Source of the DNA: a virus
Lineage: Duplodnaviria; Caudoviricetes
DNA: 64,000 nucleotides
IMG/VR virus record: IMGVR_UViG_3300032123_000052
Span: 32,001 to 96,000 of that record
Strand: one strand, 5' to 3'
The translations under genes and the position numbers were made by a program. Below the pieces are notes generated by a model. The model did no database searches, was not told the DNA's origin, and worked only from the letters and a program-made list of their open reading frames with translations. The number at the start of each line of letters is the position of its first letter. Position 1 is the first letter of the stretch. Positions 39,649-49,561 of the stretch are shown here, one piece after another.

Positions 39649-39974
39649 TGCTTATTCCTCACACCATCAACAACGGACTTCTTATCTCGCTTCCGCTCTT
39701 CTTCAATTTTTTTACGATCATCACTGTTGACAGCAACAGGGAACAGTTTGTCACATTCATTGCATATAACTTTATTGCAATCATCGTTAATACAAAAGAA
39801 ATGATCACACTCTTTTTTTCCATTTGTGAGCATATCGGTAATATAATCGACACAAACATCTATCCCAATTGCATTATCCAGTTTGGGAACTATTTTATCC
39901 AGCAGCCTTAAGAGTTCAGCCATCTGGATATCACTGGCATTTTCATCATATAATATAATTGCCTTCTTTGACAT
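39645..39974 (-). CDS. Small Cys-rich protein
   Basis: CDHFFC...C...CNEC; coupled to the next gene. Confidence 0.55.
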   Translation of the reverse strand: MSKKAIILYDENASDIQMAELLRLLDKIVPKLDNAIGIDVCVDYITDMLTNGKKECDHFFCINDDCNKVICNECDKLFPVAVNSDDRKKIEEERKRDKKSVVDGVRNKQ

Positions 39975-40337
39975 TTAATTTTTATTTTCCTTTGGGTAAA
40001 AAGTGAGCCCAGAATTGATAATTTCACTGGTTGCTTTTTTAAATTTCCCCAAACAGTGAACACACATATAGCACTCTGGTTTGATTTCAGGATCAAGCAT
40101 TAAAGATGATTCAAGTACATGTTCACCATTATTGTTTCCGGGGCATTTGTTTTTATTATCGAGCAAATCTATAAAAGTTACACCTATTGGCATAATCTTT
40201 TTAGACAGTTTTTTTGCAACTATTTCAACTGTTTTATACACAGAGGCCCACTCTTCTTTTTTAAGGCTAAGTACCGATTGGATCACTACTGCCGGATTGC
40301 TCATTTTCTCAGCATATTTTAATAATTCATTGCCCAT
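39975..40337 (-). CDS. Small Cys/His protein (start revised to MGNELL)
   Basis: GGAGGG RBS before ATG 40337; the longer ORF-track start runs through a terminator hairpin. Confidence 0.55.
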   Translation of the reverse strand: MGNELLKYAEKMSNPAVVIQSVLSLKKEEWASVYKTVEIVAKKLSKKIMPIGVTFIDLLDNKNKCPGNNNGEHVLESSLMLDPEIKPECYMCVHCLGKFKKATSEIINSGLTFYPKENKN

Positions 40338-40355
40338 ATTGCCCTCCGTATAGAT

Positions 40356-40385
40356 AAAAAATGTGAGGGGCAGAGCGCCCCTCAC
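40356..40385 (-). terminator. Intrinsic terminator
   Basis: Perfect 9-bp stem GTGAGGGGC/GCCCCTCAC followed by ATTTTTT on the - strand. Confidence 0.75.
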
Positions 40386-40457
40386 GAACCTCACAAACAT
40401 AAAACCAGTTACCATCTTATACGTAGAAAATAGAATGATAGCATGGTTTCCCCCTTT

Positions 40458-41057
40458 CTATTGAGGATCGGCTAAAATTGCCCCATCCTCCCGAATTGTT
40501 TCTTCATTGGCCGCATCAGGGTTGCGCCATCTGTTTTGGCTTTTTTTCTTGTTCCGCCTGTCTTCGAACCACACTTGCTGTATAACCGCGGAACATACCA
40601 TGGAACCTTTATAATTGGTTACAAGAAATTTTTCCCCACCTTCCATAGTAACAATGATGGAGCATCCGCTTTTTAATACTATTACTGAATCAATGTACCC
40701 CGGCCCTTTGCCAAAATCCACTATATTCAATCTCCCAAATACCTGAAACCACTTGCCCTTAACGTGCCTGGCGGGTTCTGCGCAGGATGTATTTATCCTT
40801 AGCAACACAGAGCTGCTTTGATGGTCGGTATGCATGAGTACATACCTTTCGATGCTTGGCGAGATGCCAGCAAACGCATTTAATATTATGTTGTCTTGCA
40901 CAACTGGAGTGTCGTCCTTGCTAACTTCTAATCTACAAGCTTTACACCTTTCTTCTGGGTTGCTTCCTAACTGTCCCAAAAAAATATGTAGGCCGCCCTG
41001 GGTATTAACCTGTATACCCTCATGAAGTTGGCCGTGGACGAAGGTAAAACATTTCAT
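40458..41057 (-). CDS. Hypothetical protein
   Basis: 199 aa, AAGGAG RBS. Confidence 0.55.
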   Translation of the reverse strand: MKCFTFVHGQLHEGIQVNTQGGLHIFLGQLGSNPEERCKACRLEVSKDDTPVVQDNIILNAFAGISPSIERYVLMHTDHQSSSVLLRINTSCAEPARHVKGKWFQVFGRLNIVDFGKGPGYIDSVIVLKSGCSIIVTMEGGEKFLVTNYKGSMVCSAVIQQVWFEDRRNKKKSQNRWRNPDAANEETIREDGAILADPQ

Positions 41058-41223
41058 ATATGCTCCTTTACACGAAAAGGTTGTGAAAACAGTTAATTGG
41101 GAAATAACATCTTCTGTAATTGTTATGTCAGATTTTTTGCAATAATCACATTAGGCGTTTGTCGCAATCACACATTAATGTTATATTATCTATATACCCT
41201 CGTTTTCATTTTCCTAATCAAGG

Positions 41224-44200
41224 TTGCCGTCGATGCCGACAAAAGAACAGAATGTTCTTCGCAGATTATCAGAGATGGAAGCTGATGCAAGAAATAACAC
41301 ATTGATGAACGTTACTGTGGCAGATACGGTAAAGACAATTCTTCATTCGGTTGAAGATGATGATATTAAATTGAGAGTGAATAAGGTATGGATCGATAAA
41401 AAATATGACAATTCCGATATCTCAGCCCAAAAATCAGTAAGAAACAAAGGCAGAATATGGGCAAATGATCTCAGAGCAGATCTTTCAATAATTGACAAAG
41501 CAACCGGCAAAGTGGTTGATAATGTCCCCAGTATTAAAGTTACTACTATTCCAAAAATCACAGACCGTGGAACCTATCTAATAAAAGGTAATGAATATCA
41601 GTTCACAAAACAATCTCGGCTAAAACCGGGAGTATATACCAAACAGCAAGCAAATGGTGAGATCAGCTCTTTTTTTAATGTTGACAAAACAATTGATTTT
41701 GACAGAGGGTTCAACAATAACTTTAAAATAAATTTCATTCCGGAGCGAAAAACTTTTACTATGGGATATGGTAGTAAGAATATCCCTCTTATAAATGCAC
41801 TCAAGGCCGTTGGTGTCACTAGGAATGAGCTTGTAGAACGATGGGGGGAACAGGTCTATGAGGCTAATGCTAAAGCGTATGATAAGCATGAGACCAGAGA
41901 TCAGAACAAATTATATGAGGCAATTTTCGGAAAGCAACCAGATACAGGGTTAAATCCGGAAAATATCAGAAAAGAAATTAAAGAAAGGCTTTTTGACACC
42001 GGGCTCGATTCTGAAACTACAAAAATTACCCTTGGCAAATCATATAAAAATGTAAATAAAGACGCCTTGCTCGATGCGTCAAAAAAGATTATAGATATCC
42101 ATGCTGGAAAGATAGAAGGTGATGATCGTGAAGCCCTTGTGTTCAAATCTTTCTTCGATGTGGAAGATCATATCAGGGAAAAGCTTGTAAAAAATAGTAA
42201 GAAGATTATAAACAACATAAAGTACAAACTTAAGAAAAATAAAACCATTAATAAATCAATCAGCTCACAAGTCTTTGACCCATTCGTTGTCGGCGTCCTC
42301 ACCAACAGCCAGCTTTCAAATCCACCAAACCAGACCAACCTCATGTCTATTATTGGTGAAAGTAATAAATATACTGTTATGGGGGAGGGTGGCATAGGAA
42401 CCTCAAATGCTATTACAAATGAAACGCGCCAGATTTCTAATAGCGAGGCCGGATATTTTGATCCGCTTCATACTCCAGAAGGCCCTGGGATAGGAATTGC
42501 TGTTCACAATACAATGGATGCTGTTAAGGTCGGAACTGATATTTATTCAAAATATCTCACCACTAATGGTGAGAAGATTTTGTTGAAGCCTACAGAAACA
42601 TGGGACAAGAATATAGCATTTCCTGATGAATATGATTTATCAAAGCAAAAACCGAAAGCAAAATCAAGAAAAGTAAAGGTAATTAGAAAAGGTAAGCTCG
42701 CCGAAATGGCAGCTTCAAAGGTTGATGCTATTATTTCAAGCCCAGTCGGACTATTTGACACTTCAGCTAATTCTATACCATTTCTTAATTCTATTCAAGG
42801 GAACCGTGGCCTTACCGCCTCCAAAATGCAGGAACAGGCACTTCCTTTAAAAGATCGGGAAAAACCCTTGTTTAACATTGTTGATGAGAAGGGTAATAGT
42901 ATAAATAAAATTCTTGCAGGATCAATGGCGTTGCCAAAATCTTCTGTTGATGGCGAGGTGACAAAGGTAACATCTGAAAATATAACTGTTACTGATAAAA
43001 ATGGAGAAAAGCATAGGACGCAACTTTATAATAATTTCTCTATGAATGCAGAAAGCTTTTTGCATAATACCCCAGTTGTAAAAGAGGGTGACTCTATTAA
43101 AAAAGGTGGCCTACTTGCTGATAATAATTTTACAAAAAATGGCCAAGTCGCAATTGGTGCGAATCTCAGGACTGCCTATTTGCCATACAAAGGATATAAC
43201 TACGAAGACTCGGCAATTATGTCGGAAAGCGGCGCTAAAAAACTCACATCTGAGCATATGTACGATTTCAAAACCAAGAGATCATCAAAGGGTGTTTTCT
43301 CAAGAGAAAAGTTCAAAGCGTATTATCCGGAAGAGTTGAGCGCAAAACAGGGTCGCAAACTCGATAAGGATGGCGTGGTTAAAATTGATCAAAAGGTCGA
43401 TCGTGATGATGTATTAATTGCTCATATGGAGCATAAACCACCGACGGCAGATGATATTGCGCTTGGGCGTCTTGACAAACAGCTTAAGAGGGACATGTCG
43501 AACAATGCTCTCAAATGGAATAAGGATGTTGTTGGCACCGTTATAAATGTCGAGAAATCGGGGAACAGCGTCGTCGTCAGTGTTAAAACAGATGAGCAGC
43601 TTAAAGTCGCTGATAAGATATCCGGGCTTCATGGCAACAAGCACATTATATCAAAGATAGTTCCAGATAGTGAAATGCCTTTCAACCCTGAGACTGGTAA
43701 GCATATAGAGCTTACCATGAATCCGATCGGTGTATCAAATAGGATTAACACCTCTCAACTTCTTGAAAATGCTGCTGGCAAAATTGCAGCGAAGACCGGT
43801 GAGCAATACAAGATTCACAATTTTTCAGGTGATGACAACTCTAAAAAAATGATGACTGATCTCAAAAAAGCAGGTCTGTCTGATAAAGACATTCTGGTTG
43901 ACCCGGAAACAGGAAAGCCGCTTCTGAACCCTGTTGCCAATGGTGTGTCAAATATACTCAAGCTGGAACATGTTGTAGACCATAAATTTTCTGCACGATA
44001 CAAAGAAGGGTATGATGCAAATGAGCAACCGGTCACCGGGGGCAAGACTGGTGGTAAGAATCTCGGCCGAATGGAAATGTCTGCAATGCTTGCTCGCGGC
44101 GCCAATGAGAATCTTCGTGAGATGTTTGAAATTAAGGGCCAAAAGAATGATGAATTCTGGAGAGCAATGGAGACAGGCCAGAGCTTGCCACCACCGAAAA

Positions 44201-47200
44201 AAGCGTTCGTCTGGGATAAAATGCTTGCCATGATGGCTGGTGCCGGCATCGATGTCGAGCAGAAAGGTAAGACGTTTGCTTTAAGACCAATGACTGATGC
44301 TGAAATTGTTGAGCGATCCCGGGGCGAGTTAAAACGGCCAGATTTGACATATCGAAAGAAAGATCTTGCCCCTATGAAGGAGGGTTTGTTTGATCCGGTT
44401 AAAGCAGGCGGATTGTTCGGAGATCACTACACTCATTTTAAACTTTCAGAAAAGGTGCTCAATCCTATAACTGCACCTGCAGCAGCTGCACTAATTGGCC
44501 TTCCGGTAAGTAAAATGAATGAAGTCATTTCTGGTAAAAAGTTTGTAAATAAAATAACCGGCGAAATTGTTAAACCAGGTGCACAGAGTGCCATATCGGG
44601 AAGTCCTGCAATAGAACTATTGCTTGGGCGAGTAAAGGTTAACAAAGAATTGGCAAATACTCAAGATATGGCAAAACGTATTACTAATCCATCAGAGTTG
44701 AATAAAGCCCATCGTAAGATCCGGTATCTTAAATCGCTTCAAGAAAACAAAATGAAACCTACCGATTATATGGTGTCCAATATGCTTGTAACACCATCGA
44801 AGTATAGGCCGGTTGTTACTATGGGTACAGACAATACGGTCATTCTTTCGGATATAAATGATTTATATCAACAGACATCACGGACAAGCAGTGCGCTTAA
44901 AGACCTTAAGGAACAAACAAAGGGTATTGGAAGTGAAGATATTGAGAACCTTCAGCTTGCTGAAATCAGGGGTGCACTTTATGCTGATGTGAAGGCTGTT
45001 TCCGGCCTTGCAGAGCCAACTTCATATTTACATAGAGTAAGGAATAAAAAAGGATTCATTACTCAGATAGATGGTGGCAAAACGAAACAAACGAAAGAGG
45101 GATTTTTCCAGGATAAGGTTTTGGAGCGTAGGCAGGATCTTGTCGGCAGATCAACTATTATTCTAAATCCGAAGCTTGGTGGTGACGAAATCGGCATTCC
45201 GAAAGATATGGCTAGTCAGATATTTCAGCCATTTATTATGCAGAAAATGGTAAGTTGGGGATATAAACCATTAGAAGCTCAGAAGCATATAAAAGACAAT
45301 AGTCCGATATTTGATAGGGCAAGGCAGGTGGTGGCTGATGAGAGGTTAGTGATAGCGAATCGCGCCCCGAGCCTTCATCGATGGAATATGACGGCATTTA
45401 AGCCGAAGCTAACTGATGGAAAATCTATAGAAGTACCATCTGTTGTAGTAAGTAAAAATTTTGGAGGAGACATAGATGGCGATACGTTCCAAATTCATAC
45501 CCCAGTAGGTAAAAAAGCTTTAAGAGAAGCTGAGACAATGAAACCTTCGGCATCAATGTTGAAAACAGGGTATGATTCTGTGCTTAACACACCAAGTATG
45601 GAGTTGGTAGCTGGTGCGTGGTTGGCGTCTAAAGGTAAAGGTGGTAAGAGTACCGGTTTCAAATTTAAAAACCTTGACGAAGCTAGATACTCTTTTAATA
45701 ACCACCATTTTACTTATGGCGATACCGTTGAGATTAATAGTACCAAAGCACCATTTGGTATACACGAAATAAACTCAGCTGCACCTGATGATGAAAAGCG
45801 TTGGGGTGTCGAACTTAACACTAATAATGTTGAAAGTTGGATAAAAGATGTCACCAAAAAACATAACGGCAAAATTGCTCTCGGTCTCGCTGATAAAATA
45901 AAAAAGGTTGGAGAAAATTATGTTACGCAGTATGGATTTACACTTGGTGTGTCTGACACTATTGTAGATGATTCAATAAGAAAACCAATTATCCAAGAAG
46001 CAAAAGCAAAAGCAATTCCAGGCCATGATGATAGTGTTGTTAGGGCGTATTTACAGGCAAAAGAAAAGGGACAAAAGGCTCTTAAGAAAAAATATGGAGA
46101 GAACACTATGCTCGGCATCGGAATATCTTCCGGAGCCGGAAAAGGAATTGGGAACATGACGGCAATTACATTTATGCCAGGAATAGTAACCGACGCAAAT
46201 GACAGGCCGATTCCAATTCCTATTGAGAAATCCTATTCTGAGGGTCTTGGTACTTTTGATTATTGGGCCGCTGCTCATGGAGCCAGGGGTGGCAATATCA
46301 AGAAATCGGTATCATCATTCAAACCTGGTTGGTTAACAAAAGACTTAATGAACTCGATTTATGATACCAGAATATACAGCGATGACCCTGTTGACACAGA
46401 TGGCCTTGAATATGATGTAAATGATAAAAAGGCTGTAATGAATAGATATCTTGCCCGCGATGTGAAAGATACTGGTGGAAAAATAGTTGCCAAGAGAAAT
46501 GAGCTGGTTGCCAGTGATGTTATCAACAAAATGAATCAGCATAAAATTAAAAAAGCATATATCCAGTCGCCTCTTACTGACCCAAGCCCTGGTGATGGGT
46601 TTTCAAGCTGGTCATATGGAACAGACTACGAGGGTAATAGGCATAATATCGGCGATAACATAGGTGTCATATCCGCACACACGTTGACCGAGCCGTCTCT
46701 TAATCTTGCAATGAAGGCGTTTCATACTGGTGGTGCGCTTGAGGTCGGGAAGAAATCTGCTGGTACTAAATTTGATGTGCTCGATAGAACACTTCGTTTT
46801 ACTAAAAACATCCCGGACAAAGCAACACTTTCCAGCATGGATGGTTTTGTTAAAACGACTTCAAAGTCTCCTATCGGCGGCTGGGACGTTGTTCTATCTA
46901 ATGGCGCGAAAGATGAGTCAAGGTACGTTGATACAAATAACGATCTTCTTGTAAAAAAAGGCGACAAGGTAAGAAGCGGAGACAAAATATCTTCCGGAAC
47001 TACAAGCGCTCATGATATACTTAAATACAAAGGTATGAAAGAAACGCAGAGGTTCCTTGTAAATCAGATAAGCGAAATCAATGAAGGGAAGCTTGACAGA
47101 AGAGATATTGAAACTATTGTGAGAGGCATTACAAACACTACTAGGGTTATTGATCCTGGATCGAGCAATTATACACCACATGATGTTGCACAATTGTCGT

Positions 47201-47571
47201 CAATAGAGTATTATAATAACAACAATGAAAAGGAAGAAGATATCGAGAACGCAGAAGGGGACCATCTTGCCCAGGATTACGGCAGTTATAAAAAACATCA
47301 GAAAATAGATTTCCAGACAATGAACAATCTTGGCAAACAAGGAAATAAACGTATAAAAGTTTTTAAAGATAGAATTAAACACGAGCCATTCCTGACTCCA
47401 GCAGGTATCAGTGCAAAAGCTCAATCTTCAGAGGATTGGGTTGCGCGACTTGCTCACAATCGGATAAAGAAAGTTCTGGAAGAGGGTACGACCCAGGGAT
47501 GGAAAACCACGATTGACCCTATAAGGGGCCATCCCATTCCGGCCTATGTGACAGGAGAATACTCATGGTAG
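41224..47571 (+). CDS. rpoBC: Multisubunit-type DNA-directed RNA polymerase, beta and beta' fused in one polypeptide
   Basis: beta motifs TPEGPGIG, GNRGLTASKMQEQA, YKGYNYEDS, ADKISGLHGNK, MNPIGVSNRIN, LKLEHVVDHK. beta' motifs RRQDLVGRSTI, NRAPSLHR, catalytic GGDIDGD, GARGG, EPSLNLAMKAFHTGG. Confidence 0.95.
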   Translation: MPSMPTKEQNVLRRLSEMEADARNNTLMNVTVADTVKTILHSVEDDDIKLRVNKVWIDKKYDNSDISAQKSVRNKGRIWANDLRADLSIIDKATGKVVDNVPSIKVTTIPKITDRGTYLIKGNEYQFTKQSRLKPGVYTKQQANGEISSFFNVDKTIDFDRGFNNNFKINFIPERKTFTMGYGSKNIPLINALKAVGVTRNELVERWGEQVYEANAKAYDKHETRDQNKLYEAIFGKQPDTGLNPENIRKEIKERLFDTGLDSETTKITLGKSYKNVNKDALLDASKKIIDIHAGKIEGDDREALVFKSFFDVEDHIREKLVKNSKKIINNIKYKLKKNKTINKSISSQVFDPFVVGVLTNSQLSNPPNQTNLMSIIGESNKYTVMGEGGIGTSNAITNETRQISNSEAGYFDPLHTPEGPGIGIAVHNTMDAVKVGTDIYSKYLTTNGEKILLKPTETWDKNIAFPDEYDLSKQKPKAKSRKVKVIRKGKLAEMAASKVDAIISSPVGLFDTSANSIPFLNSIQGNRGLTASKMQEQALPLKDREKPLFNIVDEKGNSINKILAGSMALPKSSVDGEVTKVTSENITVTDKNGEKHRTQLYNNFSMNAESFLHNTPVVKEGDSIKKGGLLADNNFTKNGQVAIGANLRTAYLPYKGYNYEDSAIMSESGAKKLTSEHMYDFKTKRSSKGVFSREKFKAYYPEELSAKQGRKLDKDGVVKIDQKVDRDDVLIAHMEHKPPTADDIALGRLDKQLKRDMSNNALKWNKDVVGTVINVEKSGNSVVVSVKTDEQLKVADKISGLHGNKHIISKIVPDSEMPFNPETGKHIELTMNPIGVSNRINTSQLLENAAGKIAAKTGEQYKIHNFSGDDNSKKMMTDLKKAGLSDKDILVDPETGKPLLNPVANGVSNILKLEHVVDHKFSARYKEGYDANEQPVTGGKTGGKNLGRMEMSAMLARGANENLREMFEIKGQKNDEFWRAMETGQSLPPPKKAFVWDKMLAMMAGAGIDVEQKGKTFALRPMTDAEIVERSRGELKRPDLTYRKKDLAPMKEGLFDPVKAGGLFGDHYTHFKLSEKVLNPITAPAAAALIGLPVSKMNEVISGKKFVNKITGEIVKPGAQSAISGSPAIELLLGRVKVNKELANTQDMAKRITNPSELNKAHRKIRYLKSLQENKMKPTDYMVSNMLVTPSKYRPVVTMGTDNTVILSDINDLYQQTSRTSSALKDLKEQTKGIGSEDIENLQLAEIRGALYADVKAVSGLAEPTSYLHRVRNKKGFITQIDGGKTKQTKEGFFQDKVLERRQDLVGRSTIILNPKLGGDEIGIPKDMASQIFQPFIMQKMVSWGYKPLEAQKHIKDNSPIFDRARQVVADERLVIANRAPSLHRWNMTAFKPKLTDGKSIEVPSVVVSKNFGGDIDGDTFQIHTPVGKKALREAETMKPSASMLKTGYDSVLNTPSMELVAGAWLASKGKGGKSTGFKFKNLDEARYSFNNHHFTYGDTVEINSTKAPFGIHEINSAAPDDEKRWGVELNTNNVESWIKDVTKKHNGKIALGLADKIKKVGENYVTQYGFTLGVSDTIVDDSIRKPIIQEAKAKAIPGHDDSVVRAYLQAKEKGQKALKKKYGENTMLGIGISSGAGKGIGNMTAITFMPGIVTDANDRPIPIPIEKSYSEGLGTFDYWAAAHGARGGNIKKSVSSFKPGWLTKDLMNSIYDTRIYSDDPVDTDGLEYDVNDKKAVMNRYLARDVKDTGGKIVAKRNELVASDVINKMNQHKIKKAYIQSPLTDPSPGDGFSSWSYGTDYEGNRHNIGDNIGVISAHTLTEPSLNLAMKAFHTGGALEVGKKSAGTKFDVLDRTLRFTKNIPDKATLSSMDGFVKTTSKSPIGGWDVVLSNGAKDESRYVDTNNDLLVKKGDKVRSGDKISSGTTSAHDILKYKGMKETQRFLVNQISEINEGKLDRRDIETIVRGITNTTRVIDPGSSNYTPHDVAQLSSIEYYNNNNEKEEDIENAEGDHLAQDYGSYKKHQKIDFQTMNNLGKQGNKRIKVFKDRIKHEPFLTPAGISAKAQSSEDWVARLAHNRIKKVLEEGTTQGWKTTIDPIRGHPIPAYVTGEYSW

Positions 47572-48404
47572 AAAAAATATCAATTGACTTATCATCAATT
47601 TTAAAATCCGGCAAGACTGTTGGGGATATTTTAGTTAAGCACCCATATTATACATTTGGTGGTCTTGGTGTCGCACTTGGAACATATGGCGGTATAAAAG
47701 AATATAAAAAAGAGATTGAGTTTAAGGCTCCCAGATTAAAATCGGGAGAAACTAAGAGTGACGATTCTTATAAGATGAGAGTAATAAGAAGTCACAAAAT
47801 ACAGCAGAGAGAATTCGATAAAAGTAAACCTACTAAAATTTTGTCAAAAGTTCTTGCTAATATTGGTCTTGGTTTATACACTGGTTATCAGGCTGAGAAA
47901 ATTAATGAATCTCATGAAGAAGCCTTGAATGAAGCGAGAAGATATACTAAAAGAGCTAGGGAGAATTTTAGGGAGCAGTATACTAAAAGAGCTAGGGAGC
48001 ATTTTAGGGAGCAGACTAGAAGGCGTAGTGAAGAATCTAAAAATACTTTCAGAAGTGGGTATAATAGGAGCCGTAGTACCACCCCAGGTACAAGTTCAAC
48101 AACAAATACCGCTGGTAAAAAGTTTAGCGAAACATTAAAGGGTTTTAAGACAAAGACGGAAGCTACATCGGCGTTTAGAAATGCGGCTAAAAAATACCAT
48201 CCTGACAAGGGCGGTAAGGCTGAAGATTTTTATTCTGTAAAAACAATATGGGACGCATTTAAAAATTCGGCTGGGTTTAATAAGTTATCATATTACAAGG
48301 CGTTCCTTGATGAACTTGAAAAAATATCAGGTTGTAAAATTCCACCACAATACTTATCAAAACAAAAGACAAAACCGAAAAAAGCAAAAAAGAGTCCGAA
48401 TTGA
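47565..48404 (+). CDS. Membrane-segment protein with DnaJ-like J-domain fragment and AFxDELEKI tail
   Basis: Gly-rich hydrophobic helices; AFRNAAKKYHPDKGG (HPD motif); KAFLDELEKISGCK. Confidence 0.65.
   Translation: MVEKISIDLSSILKSGKTVGDILVKHPYYTFGGLGVALGTYGGIKEYKKEIEFKAPRLKSGETKSDDSYKMRVIRSHKIQQREFDKSKPTKILSKVLANIGLGLYTGYQAEKINESHEEALNEARRYTKRARENFREQYTKRAREHFREQTRRRSEESKNTFRSGYNRSRSTTPGTSSTTNTAGKKFSETLKGFKTKTEATSAFRNAAKKYHPDKGGKAEDFYSVKTIWDAFKNSAGFNKLSYYKAFLDELEKISGCKIPPQYLSKQKTKPKKAKKSPN
47943..48014 (+). repeat. In-frame 36-bp tandem repeat, 2 copies
   Basis: TATACTAAAAGAGCTAGGGAG(A/C)ATTTTAGGGAGCAG twice, encoding YTKRARE(N/H)FREQ. Confidence 0.95.
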
Positions 48405-48430
48405 CCCAGGCGAAAAATATGGTTATAGTT

Positions 48431-48475
48431 ATAGCTAAAAAAATAACCGGAAAAGGAATGCAGCTCCTTTCCCGG
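48431..48475. terminator. Convergent terminator with ATAGCTAAAAAAA motif
   Basis: CCGGAAAAGGA...TCCTTTCCCGG stem; T-tract then AGCTAT on the - strand. Confidence 0.65.
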
Positions 48476-48480
48476 CTAAA

Positions 48481-49461
48481 TTACACTTCGTTAAGCAATA
48501 TCTGACCTGTTTTGGGAAGAAGCACCATACTTTGTTTAGTCTCTTCATTCATTACTGGAGGTTTTTTTAATACTGATAATGCAGTTTTTGGGCTATGTAC
48601 ACTCTTCGCTTTCTTAACAATAAACTTCCGCCTTTCTTCGGAATCCATTTCGTAATATTCATCTTCATAACTTTTGTCATCAAGGTCATGATTTGCAATT
48701 GCAAACGGATCCATGTGAAATTCATGCGGATACCATATATGGGTTTGATTAGGATTAAGATCGATAACATAGTGTTCGCTTTTCTTTATACCAGCAAGAT
48801 GAACAAACGCCGGTGCCATCACTCTTTGATTTGATATATAATCCAAGGCATTTTTGCAAGTTCTACATTTTTCAAACGCATCTCTTAATATAAAGGCAAC
48901 CGGCTTTCCACCTACGTCAAAACTATTATCAATGGCGTTCATATTAATTGAGGCGCTAAATCTTCCTTTTGCCACACCTGATATTACCCCCGAAAACCCG
49001 GGCCACGTTATTGTTTTGAAATCACCAGCAAGGGCATTTTTATAATTTAATATTACAGTGCCCTCTTCCAACCTTTCAAGAGGCCAGTCCATATTTCTCA
49101 TATGGATCATACCGTGCATTGTTGTATATTTTACACACGACGTGCACCATGAAAAGTTTATATCTTGTAGGTTAGCAGCCGCGCTAAATACCTCATAAGC
49201 GGCATTAGCAATATACAGCCATTCATCAATGTCTGTAATCATTTGCCAATATTTTATCTCCTTCCTATATTTATTTGGGATGTTGAAGAAGTTAAATTTG
49301 CTTAATATTTTTAATAAAGGCGTTTTAAAAAAACCTCCTGAAGATTTTTTGAAACTGTCTATGAGCATTTCTGACACATTGACCATGTCAGGCCCATCTT
49401 CCATATCTACAAACCTTAATAGATTGTTTTCACTGAGATCTATTTCATATTCTTTTCTCAT
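48481..49461 (-). CDS. Ntn-hydrolase of the acid ceramidase/NAAA-like family
   Basis: Internal CTS nucleophile followed by IHMRNMDW, WPGFSGVISG, FSASIN. Confidence 0.75.
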   Translation of the reverse strand: MRKEYEIDLSENNLLRFVDMEDGPDMVNVSEMLIDSFKKSSGGFFKTPLLKILSKFNFFNIPNKYRKEIKYWQMITDIDEWLYIANAAYEVFSAAANLQDINFSWCTSCVKYTTMHGMIHMRNMDWPLERLEEGTVILNYKNALAGDFKTITWPGFSGVISGVAKGRFSASINMNAIDNSFDVGGKPVAFILRDAFEKCRTCKNALDYISNQRVMAPAFVHLAGIKKSEHYVIDLNPNQTHIWYPHEFHMDPFAIANHDLDDKSYEDEYYEMDSEERRKFIVKKAKSVHSPKTALSVLKKPPVMNEETKQSMVLLPKTGQILLNEV

Positions 49462-49561
49462 AATATTCTCCTTTTATGTTATAATTAATAGTATCATAGC
49501 AGTTATACCATATTATTTGGTTTTTTAACATGAGGAATTTATATTTCTTATGGAGGTATAA

